A model generated the notes under the pieces. The model was not told where the DNA came from, did not search any database, and saw only the letters and a list, made by a program, of their open reading frames with translations. From an uncultured Acidobacteriota bacterium (GTDB taxonomy: Bacteria > Acidobacteriota > Vicinamibacteria > Vicinamibacterales > 2-12-FULL-66-21): DNA of 64,000 bases. Every line of letters begins with the position of its first letter. The stretch's first letter is position 1. Both the position numbers and the translations under genes were made by a program. The stretch lies in assembly GCA_963804245.1 (NCBI GenBank), contig CAWDPQ010000019.1, positions 70,949-134,948 of the forward strand, read 5' to 3'. Positions 30,385 to 38,027 of this stretch are shown here, piece after piece.

Positions 30385-31471
30385 CTGACTCCAGCCAGAG
30401 ATCGATGGGTCTCGCCACCTTCCGGTGGAAGGGCAGGGCGACCTTCTGTCCGATGCGCGCGGAGTAGTAGGCGGCGTACATCAGCTCGAGCACGGCCCGC
30501 CCGTCATGGCCAGTGGTTACCGGCGCAGTACCGTCGCGCACGCAGGTGATGAAATGTTTCAGCTCCTGCGGGTAACCTTGATTGAACGCTTCCTCGAAGG
30601 TCGTGAACGTCCAGCCCTGCGTTGAGCCCGCTTTTTCCATGGCGTAACCGTAGCCCTTCGCGCTGTAGGTGAGCGACGAGTTGCCCATGAAAAGGTCGGC
30701 ATAGATCACGCCGCCGGTGCCGCACACTTCGACGCGATCCTCCATTCCTCCGAGCTTTGCCCAGCTGTTCTCGACCACGCCGATGGCTCCGCCTTCGAAT
30801 TCAACCAGGCAAACGGCATTCTCTTCGCAGCGCGTCCGGCCCTTGTGAATGAGTCCCATCTGCATATGGGCGCTGACGCTCAGCGGCCGGGGCTGTCCGC
30901 CAAGCATCCATCGGAACCAGGCAAATCCGTGACAGCCCATGTCCATCACCGCACCGCCGCCGGACTGATTCAGATCGTAGAACCAGTCGCTGTGTGGTCC
31001 CGAATGCTTCTCGCATTGCCGCATGTAATAGATCGTGCCGATCGCGCCCTCGTTCACCAGGTTGCGGGCGCGCTCGTACTTCGGGGCGAAGCACAATTCC
31101 TCGGCATACATGAGGAGGCGACCGTTGGCCTCGCAGGCCGCGATCATCTCGTCGGCTTCCTCCAGCGTCAGACACAGCGGCTTTTCGATGATCACGTGCT
31201 TGCCGGCGTTGGCTGCCGCGATGGTGGCCCGAGCGTGCAGGTGATTGGGGATGCAGATGTCGACGACGTCGCAGTCGGATTGTTCAATGGCACGTTCGAC
31301 GTCGGTGAAGGCCTGAGGAATGTTGTGATGCTGCGCAAATGTTCGCGCGCGCTCATCGCTGCGGGAACAGACAGAGACCACTTCGGCTTCCGGTACGAAG
31401 CGCTGGTAGGACTCCGCGTGAATGTCGGCGATGAAGCCCGTGCCGAGCAGTGCAACTCGTGTTTTGCTCAT
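30365..31471 (-). CDS. Gfo/Idh/MocA-family NAD(P)-dependent oxidoreductase
   Basis: ORF 30365-31486. ATG 31471 (MSKTRVALLGTGFIADIHAESY) overlaps the upstream stop as ATGA. GTG 31486 would lie inside the palindrome. The EKPL motif is present. Confidence 0.85.
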   Translation of the reverse strand: MSKTRVALLGTGFIADIHAESYQRFVPEAEVVSVCSRSDERARTFAQHHNIPQAFTDVERAIEQSDCDVVDICIPNHLHARATIAAANAGKHVIIEKPLCLTLEEADEMIAACEANGRLLMYAEELCFAPKYERARNLVNEGAIGTIYYMRQCEKHSGPHSDWFYDLNQSGGGAVMDMGCHGFAWFRWMLGGQPRPLSVSAHMQMGLIHKGRTRCEENAVCLVEFEGGAIGVVENSWAKLGGMEDRVEVCGTGGVIYADLFMGNSSLTYSAKGYGYAMEKAGSTQGWTFTTFEEAFNQGYPQELKHFITCVRDGTAPVTTGHDGRAVLELMYAAYYSARIGQKVALPFHRKVARPIDLWLESDAPAAV

Positions 31472-32460
31472 ATCGAAAGGGGACACTCAACTTGAGTGTC
31501 CCCTTTTCCGAGGATGCGCGACAGCACGGCCTGATCCAGGTTACCGCCGGACATGACGCAGACCACGGTCTTTCCCTCGAGTCGATCGCGCAGCTTGAGG
31601 GCGGCCGCCAGCGTGGCCGCGCCGGCGCCCTCAGCCAGGTTGTGAGTGGTTCTGAGCGCCAGCCGCACGCCGCCCGCCAGCTCTTCCTCCGACAGCGTAA
31701 TCAGATCGTCCAGTTGCTGGCGCAGGATCTCGAACGTGAGGTCGAACGTCACGCGTGTGGCCAGTCCTTCGGCGAAGGTCGCAATCGAGGGGTGTTCGAC
31801 CCGCGTACCGGTATGCCACGATCGCGCGAACGCGTCGGCACCGGCTGCCTGCACGCCGATGACCGTGGTTCGACGTCCGAGCCACGATCGAACCAGCGTA
31901 CAACCGGATGCACCGCTGCCGCCGCCGATTGGCACGAGGATCACGTCGGTTGAAGGCAGATCGTCGAAAATTTCCATCGCATAGGTCGCGACGCCGGCGA
32001 TGAGCAGCGGCTCGTTCGCGGAGTGCACGTACCGCAATCCAAGCGCCTGGTAGCTGCGCTCGACGTGACAGCGGGCCTCGTCGAAATCGCAACCGTGCTC
32101 GATGACGTTGGCGCCCAGCGCCCGCATGGCCGCGTTCTTTTCCGGATTGTTTCCTATCGGTACGACGATCGTGCACGGCACACCTGCCTTGCTGCAGGCC
32201 AGCGCGATCGACTGCCCATGATTGCCGGTCGTCGCCGTGATGACACCGCGCCGCTCCTCGGCCGAGAGGTTGCCGACGAGATTCAGCCCGCCGCGGACCT
32301 TGAACGAACCGGTCGGGTTGTGGTTCTCATGCTTGACGAGCAGGCGAAGACCGGTTTCCGCGCGCAGCAACGGATGATCGAGAAGCGGCGTGGGCCGGAG
32401 CGCGCGGTAGACGATCGTGCGCGCCGATTGGACGTTCGCCAGGGTCAGGCCAGCATCCAC
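31468..32460 (-). CDS. PLP-dependent threonine/serine dehydratase-family enzyme (beta-family fold type II)
   Basis: ORF 31468-32460. NPTGSFKVRGG lysine motif and GGGSGASG loop. The C-terminal ..KGDTQVECPLSI is encoded by the palindrome and is probably not native. Confidence 0.8.
   Translation of the reverse strand: MDAGLTLANVQSARTIVYRALRPTPLLDHPLLRAETGLRLLVKHENHNPTGSFKVRGGLNLVGNLSAEERRGVITATTGNHGQSIALACSKAGVPCTIVVPIGNNPEKNAAMRALGANVIEHGCDFDEARCHVERSYQALGLRYVHSANEPLLIAGVATYAMEIFDDLPSTDVILVPIGGGSGASGCTLVRSWLGRRTTVIGVQAAGADAFARSWHTGTRVEHPSIATFAEGLATRVTFDLTFEILRQQLDDLITLSEEELAGGVRLALRTTHNLAEGAGAATLAAALKLRDRLEGKTVVCVMSGGNLDQAVLSRILGKGDTQVECPLSI
31476..31507. repeat. REP-like palindrome AAAGGGGACACTCAA/CTTGAGTGTCCCCTTTT (copy 1 of 2)
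   Basis: ~14-bp perfect stem. It shares TTGAGTGTCCCCTTTTCC with the copy at 37978-38005. It is embedded in the last 13 codons of the upstream PLP-enzyme ORF. Confidence 0.8.
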
Positions 32461-32479
32461 GAAGTACTCCCTTCTGGCG

Positions 32480-33340
32480 CTACGGCCGACATCTGGTGGG
32501 GTTGGATTTCACGAAATAGGTCTTGTAGTTCGAGGCCTTGGGATCCATGCAGCCCTCGAGGTTGAGCAGCTCCACTTTCCGGAAGTCGATCGGCGCGGTT
32601 TCCGCCTGGAGCGAAATGAAGCCGCCGGTCAGCGGCGTTCCGTCGACCTTTACTGCCGGGTCCACAGGACTCACGTTCCCGCCGCCGATTTGCGGCTTCG
32701 AGTATTCCAGCACGGTCGCGCCATCGACCATGTGCCGCACGAGCTCATCTCCGTGGATCAGCACTTCGACGCGAACCCACTGGTCGCCGTCGTAGGTTTT
32801 CGACGTCGAGTTGATACAGTGCCGTGTCACGAGCGCGCCGTTCATGACGACGTTGGTGCCAGGCGTGCAGAGGTTGGCGGTGGTGCGCGGCTTGCCGTTG
32901 CTCAAGCCGCCGAGCAGCTGCACCTCGATCGAGATCGGGAAGTCCTGATCCTTCACCATCGTCTTGGGATCCGGTGAGTGAAGCATCAGCCCATTGTTGC
33001 GCACCGCCCAGCCCAGATCGGTCCGTGACGTGCGGACTTGTTCGCCGACGAAACGGTATTCGGCGGCAATCACGTAGTAGGAAAACGGCTCGCGATAGAA
33101 GATGTGCCCGAACTGGTCGTCGAAGGTCTGCCACTTGTCGTACCGCACTTTGAGGAGCCCATCTTCGACGCGAAACGTGTCGTTGACGTTCTCACCGAGC
33201 GGGTAGTGCGCAAACTTGATGCTCCAGTCCTTCAGGTCCCGACCGTTGAACAGCTGAATCCATTCTTTCTGATCCGCTTTGCTTTGTGCCGATCCAACCA
33301 TGACGGCACAGGCCACAGCAGCGAGCACGCCCCATCGCAC
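32480..33340 (-). CDS. DUF1080 (3-keto-disaccharide hydrolase-like) secreted protein
   Basis: ORF 32480-33358. GTG 33340 has GAGGAGG 6 nt upstream, giving signal MRWGVLAAVACAVMVGSAQS. FNGRDLKDW and ISLQAE...IDFRKVELL hallmarks. Confidence 0.85.
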   Translation of the reverse strand: MRWGVLAAVACAVMVGSAQSKADQKEWIQLFNGRDLKDWSIKFAHYPLGENVNDTFRVEDGLLKVRYDKWQTFDDQFGHIFYREPFSYYVIAAEYRFVGEQVRTSRTDLGWAVRNNGLMLHSPDPKTMVKDQDFPISIEVQLLGGLSNGKPRTTANLCTPGTNVVMNGALVTRHCINSTSKTYDGDQWVRVEVLIHGDELVRHMVDGATVLEYSKPQIGGGNVSPVDPAVKVDGTPLTGGFISLQAETAPIDFRKVELLNLEGCMDPKASNYKTYFVKSNPTRCRP

Positions 33341-33356
33341 TTGACACCTCCTCGAC

Positions 33357-33496
33357 ACGTGCTACGTGCTACGTGCTACGTGCTACGTGCCCCACGTGCA
33401 CCGGGCACTCGCACGTCGCACGTCGCACGTCGCACGTCGCACGTCGCACGTCGCACGTCGCACGTCGCACGTAGCACGTCGCACGTGCACGTGACA
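33357..33496. repeat. Inverted heptamer arrays: (ACGTGCT)x4 - 20-nt spacer - (GCACGTC)x9 with GCACGTA variant
   Basis: Read directly. The arms are complementary at 6 of 7 positions per unit. The array fills the whole gap between the haem-protein stop (33501) and the DUF1080 RBS. Confidence 0.9.
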
Positions 33497-33500
33497 CAGC

Positions 33501-36500
33501 TCACTTCAGCGTCCTGAGAAACTGCACAACATCCCTAATCTCGCGCGGCTTCAGGATCAAGCCCATCGGCGGCATCGCGGAAACCGGGTTCGTCCGCTCG
33601 GCGATGTCAGACTTGGCGATCCGCTCTTCGACTGCGGGCGTCCCGGTGGTGACAACCACCTGTGTGTCCGTTTCGTCGCGCAGGGTGCCGTCCACCTGCC
33701 GTCCGTTGCGAAGTTTGAAGGAGGCCGTTCCGAAGCCCGGCGAAATCCGGGCATTGGGTTCGAGCAGCGCTTCCAGCAGCTGCTCGCGGGTTAGTGTGGC
33801 GCCGACCGTACTGAGATTCGGCCCGACGTCCGCGCCCCTGCCGCGCAGCGTATGACACCGTGAGCACTGGCTCGCGGCATTGTCTGTGTAGACCTCGCGG
33901 CCGCGGGCGGTATCGCCGCCGGTCAGCAGGGAGCTGCGGAATGCTGCCACCAGCGAGTCGGCCGATCGTGCTTTCCGGTAGGCCTCGAGCCGATCTGCGA
34001 ACAGAGTCGAGCCGGTCGCCTGCATGGCATCCACCAGGTCGATGTGTACATCGGTCGGCAGCGTGCCGGCGACCAGCTGATCGAAGTACGCGCCCAGCGC
34101 CTGATGCGCGTATCGACTGTCCATTCGCCCGAGAACTTCGAGCGCACCCTGCTTTTCCTCGACCGATCCCCGCTTGACGAGGGATTCGAGGTGGCGGACC
34201 TTCGCCGCATCCGTCAGCGGCAGCGCCGGCAGGATGTCGAGCGCGGCTCGCCGGACCGCGGGATCGGCGTCGGCGAGGGCGGTTTTCATCACCTCCGCGA
34301 TGTTCGGTGCTTTGAGTACTTGCAACGCGCGCAGCCCGGCCAGGCGTACGTCCGGCGAAGGATCCTTCTGTACCTGGGCCCACAGTATCGGCCCGGCCTC
34401 CCTGAGCTCGAGCCGTCGTGCGGCATCGGCCAGTGCCACTTTGAGCGTCGGGTGACCGTCGTCCTTGGCAATCGCCTGCACGAGCTGCAGCACTGCAGTG
34501 CGTGCCGCGGCGGCATCACGCTTCTCTATCGTCGTTTGTGTTGGCTGTGCGCCCGGCGTCCGCGGCGTGCCGATGTAGAACCCATCGACCCGGTCCAACG
34601 ACGAGGGGTTCGGCCAGACACCGAGGACCGCGATGGCCTCGGCGCGCATCTCGTTCGAGTTACCGGTGTCCGCTGCAAAGGACGCGACGCGCGTCAACGC
34701 GCTCGCCGTCCCGACACGCAGATTGGCATTTATCACTCGTCGCAGCAGCGGCACGTTCGAGACTTTCTTTTCTCCGAGTTGTTGCGCCAGGTAGCGGAGC
34801 GCCCCTTCGATCCCGCCGTCGTCATTGATGGCTCGAGCGGCTTCGGTGACGATGCCTTCGTCGGCGTCGGAGAGGAAGTCAGCGACGAGCGGCTGGCTAA
34901 GACGTCTGAGGGCGACGACCGCCGCCAGCCGTACAGCGGTGGATGAATGTTTCGCCAGTTTGCCGATGGCGGTGGTCTCACCGATGAGCGCAAGGGCGAG
35001 GCTGCCGGCGTGCCGGAGATAGACATCGCGGTCGGCGTTCGCCTCGAGCATTTCGATCAACGGGCCGACGGCCGGTTTGTAGGCGATGCGGCCGAGCGCC
35101 TCGGCGGCGAAGAAGCGTGCTCTCGCGGAATCGTCCTTCAACAGCTGCAGCAGCGCGTCGCCTCCCTGCGCATAGCGGACATCACCGATCATCTTGGCGG
35201 CCTGCGCGCGAGTCTCCGGATCCTTGTCCCTGAGGAACTGCGTCAGCTGCGAGGCGTGCTCGGGGCTTTTCCTCGCCAGCTGAGTCACGCCCCAGAGCGC
35301 ATGAATCCGGCTGAGGCGGTGACTCGAGTCACGCGCTGCGGCAAGGAGCGGTTGTACGTCTCCACGGCGCACCAGCTCGAATTGAGCTCTCTGCCTGACG
35401 CGCATGTCGGCGTGGCGCAAGAGGCTGCCGAGGTTCTCGACGCTGCGGGTCCTCAGATTCTCCGAGAGGATTGATTGCACTTCTTTTCTGATGGCGCTGC
35501 CCGCGGCTTGCGGCGCGTCGAGCTTCCAGAGCCGGCCGTTGTTCTTCGAGTCCCAGCCGGTGATCCAGTCAGTTAGATAGAGAGCCCCGTCCGGTCCGAT
35601 CTTCATGCCGACGGTGAGGATGCCGCCGAGCAACACTTTCTCGTTGTCGAGCGCAAACCCGGCGCCCTCCTCTTTCAGCGTGAACGCGTAGATCTTGGCG
35701 TTGGCCGGCGCGCCGGGGAAGCTCGACACCATGAAGTGTTTTTGCCACTCCTCGGACAGCGCGGTTCCCGGGTTGTAGACCATGCCCGACGGACCGGCGT
35801 GCCACGGCGCGACGGGTGGGATGATGTGGGCCGCCTGCCCATCGAACCGCGGCTTGAACATCCCCTCGTCCATCCAGACGTTGTAGCGGTTGTTCTCGGA
35901 ATCGGTGTACTTGCCGTATTGCCAGTTCGAACGCCAGCCGCTGTCCGATCCATTCGGAATGTAGACGAGGCGCTCGAATTCCCCCTGATGATCGCCGTCG
36001 TTGTCGACGGTGATCAGATTCCCGTGCTCGTCGAATGAGAACTCCTGAAGGTTGCGTATCCCCGTTGCGAAGACTTCGAAGTCTGAGCCGTCCGGATTGG
36101 CCCTGAGCACCGCGCCCTGATTGGGATACGACCAGCGTCGGCCATTCCTGTCGACCACGCTGAAGCCCATGTCGCCGACTTCCCAGTAGATGCGGCCGTC
36201 GGGCCCGAGCGTCACTCCGGAAATGCCGTGTCCGCCGAACGCGGGATGGATGTTGAAGCCCTCGCTGATCGCCGTCCGCCGCTCAGTGGCGACCTTGCCG
36301 TTGTTCACGTCTTTCAGGCGATAGACGCCCGGCGGGACGCCGACGATCAGATCTCCTTCGTGGTAGAGAATCCCGCCGGCGATATCCCACGTGGGATCGT
36401 CGTTGAAACCTTCGACGAGGATCTCCGACAGGTCCGCGATCCCGTCGCCATCGGTGTCCTGGATGCGGTGCACCCGTTCCTTGAATTCCGCCAGATCGCG

Positions 36501-37055
36501 CCAGTCGCGCGAGCCATCCTTGTTGTAGTCCTCGATCCACGTGTTCTTGCTGCTGCGCTCGGGGCTCATCTCGCGTCGATAGAAGTCGAGCAGATCCTCA
36601 CGCGTTTTGAGCGTGTGCGCCGGCGTGAACCAGGTTGGATGCTGCCGGATGTCGAGCGGCATGTTGTTGCGCGTCGAACTGGTCACGTAGACGGTGCCGC
36701 GCTCGTCCAGGTCGATGGCCACCGGATCGACGACCAGCTGCTCCGGGGCCCAGAGGGTCAGCTCCAGGCCCGCCGGTATGTCGACGGTGACTTTCGCGCG
36801 TTCTTCCTTGGCCGCGCGCGCGGCGTCAGCCGGTGTGAGCCGCACGACTTTCGGGTGAGGTGGTGTCGCTGGCGCCTGATCGCCGCCAGGCTTGGCCACG
36901 AACAGCATCAGGAGCGCCGCGAACGCGAACAATTCGCGACGGCGCGAGCCATAACCGCAACTCCAGCGTTCTGCGCAGGGCACGGCGCCGATGCTAGCAC
37001 GACGCGGACCGACCGAGATCGTGCCAGGATCGTTGTGGTAGTAGAGTGACGCCAT
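33501..37055 (-). CDS. Large PVC-type haem-binding protein: membrane-bound-dehydrogenase-like beta-propeller + HEAT repeats + C-terminal cytochrome c
   Basis: ORF 33501-37211, uninterrupted. DIDGDGIADxSE-type calcium loops, many HEAT-like repeats (VRxAAxxAL), and CSRCH haem motif near the C-terminus. The start is uncertain: ATG 37055, or TTG ~36940 just before the hydrophobic segment FAFAALLMLFVA. Confidence 0.8.
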   Translation of the reverse strand: MASLYYHNDPGTISVGPRRASIGAVPCAERWSCGYGSRRRELFAFAALLMLFVAKPGGDQAPATPPHPKVVRLTPADAARAAKEERAKVTVDIPAGLELTLWAPEQLVVDPVAIDLDERGTVYVTSSTRNNMPLDIRQHPTWFTPAHTLKTREDLLDFYRREMSPERSSKNTWIEDYNKDGSRDWRDLAEFKERVHRIQDTDGDGIADLSEILVEGFNDDPTWDIAGGILYHEGDLIVGVPPGVYRLKDVNNGKVATERRTAISEGFNIHPAFGGHGISGVTLGPDGRIYWEVGDMGFSVVDRNGRRWSYPNQGAVLRANPDGSDFEVFATGIRNLQEFSFDEHGNLITVDNDGDHQGEFERLVYIPNGSDSGWRSNWQYGKYTDSENNRYNVWMDEGMFKPRFDGQAAHIIPPVAPWHAGPSGMVYNPGTALSEEWQKHFMVSSFPGAPANAKIYAFTLKEEGAGFALDNEKVLLGGILTVGMKIGPDGALYLTDWITGWDSKNNGRLWKLDAPQAAGSAIRKEVQSILSENLRTRSVENLGSLLRHADMRVRQRAQFELVRRGDVQPLLAAARDSSHRLSRIHALWGVTQLARKSPEHASQLTQFLRDKDPETRAQAAKMIGDVRYAQGGDALLQLLKDDSARARFFAAEALGRIAYKPAVGPLIEMLEANADRDVYLRHAGSLALALIGETTAIGKLAKHSSTAVRLAAVVALRRLSQPLVADFLSDADEGIVTEAARAINDDGGIEGALRYLAQQLGEKKVSNVPLLRRVINANLRVGTASALTRVASFAADTGNSNEMRAEAIAVLGVWPNPSSLDRVDGFYIGTPRTPGAQPTQTTIEKRDAAAARTAVLQLVQAIAKDDGHPTLKVALADAARRLELREAGPILWAQVQKDPSPDVRLAGLRALQVLKAPNIAEVMKTALADADPAVRRAALDILPALPLTDAAKVRHLESLVKRGSVEEKQGALEVLGRMDSRYAHQALGAYFDQLVAGTLPTDVHIDLVDAMQATGSTLFADRLEAYRKARSADSLVAAFRSSLLTGGDTARGREVYTDNAASQCSRCHTLRGRGADVGPNLSTVGATLTREQLLEALLEPNARISPGFGTASFKLRNGRQVDGTLRDETDTQVVVTTGTPAVEERIAKSDIAERTNPVSAMPPMGLILKPREIRDVVQFLRTLK

Positions 37056-37976
37056 GCAGACAGCACTCGACCGCCGCACGCTCCTAAGAACGCCGCGTTC
37101 GCGGCAGCCGCGATCCCCTTCTTGACGACGAAGACCGCCGCGGCCGGAGCGATGTTCGTGTCGCTCAATTCGTCGCTCACCAGGCAGATGGACTGGAAGG
37201 AGTTCGTCCAACTGGCCGCGCGGCTAGGCTATGGCGGCGTGGACGTCAATCTCACGGCGGCACGCAAGGAAGGCGCGGGCGCGACGCGCGCGCTCCTCGA
37301 CGGTCTGAAAATCAAGCCCGGTGTGGCGTCGCTTCCCGTTCGATATACCAACCCGGACGAGAGCGTGGTCCTCGAAGAGCTCAAGCAACTGGACGACGCG
37401 GCGAAGTTCGCCGCCGAGATCGACTGTCCGCGGATGATGGCGGTGCTGCCGCCATCCAGCCAGACGCCGAAGGCGGAGTTTCGGAAGGTGATCAAGGACA
37501 GGGTGACCTCGATCGCAGGCATTCTTGCCCGTTCGAACGTCCGTCTGGGCCTCGAGTTCCTCGGTCCCTTGCACTTTCGGACGCGCAATCCGCACGAGTT
37601 CATCTGGCGCATGGACGAAGCGCTCGCGTTCGCCAAAGAGTGCGGTCCCAACGTCGGCTTGACGCTCGACGCCTGGCATTGGCACCACGCCGGGGCGACG
37701 GCCGCAGACATTCTCGCCGCGGGCAAAGCCCGCATCGTTCACGTGCACGTGTCGGACGCACGGCAGCAACCGCCTGAAGAGGTTCGCGACAATCAGCGGG
37801 TATTCCCAGGCGAAGGCGTGATCGATCTCACGACATTCTTCCAATCGCTGCAGAAGATCGGCTACGAAGACGCCGTCAGTCCCGAGCCGATCGGTCGTGT
37901 ACCTCAGGAAATGCCGGCCGAGGAGGGAGCGCGGCTCGGCCTCGAGACGACGCTGGCGGCCATGCGAAAGGCCTGA
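37054..37976 (+). pseudogene. Xylose-isomerase-like TIM-barrel (sugar phosphate isomerase/epimerase family) enzyme; the twin-arginine signal is separated from the body by a 1-nt frame break (~37086)
   Basis: ORF 37122-37976 carries the barrel. ATG 37054 opens MQTALDRRTLL in another frame. Restoring one A (CTA-A(A)G-AAC) yields MQTALDRRTLLKNAAFAAAAIPFLTTKTAAAGA|MFVSLNS..., a canonical Tat signal. Confidence 0.75.
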
Positions 37977-37977
37977 A

Positions 37978-38005
37978 AAAAGGGGACAGTTGAGTGTCCC
38001 CTTTT
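37978..38005 (+). terminator. Stem-loop AAAAGGGGACA-gttgag-TGTCCCCTTTT followed by a T-rich run (copy 2 of the GGGGACAC palindrome)
   Basis: It starts 2 nt after the TIM-barrel stop. 11-bp stem, then cttttcccttt. Confidence 0.75.
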
Positions 38006-38027
38006 CCCTTTGCTAGACTCCCGCCTT

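Noticed and set aside
33357-33496. Could the heptamer arrays (also 50420-50597) be CRISPR arrays?
   Set aside because: The period is 7 nt with no spacers, no cas genes are in the window, and the arms are inverted copies of one another. They are simple tandem repeats.
37053-37056. Shared CATG giving back-to-back divergent start codons as a deliberate regulatory design
   Set aside because: The minus-strand ATG is only one of several possible starts for the haem protein; a TTG just before the hydrophobic segment is equally plausible. The overlap may be coincidental.
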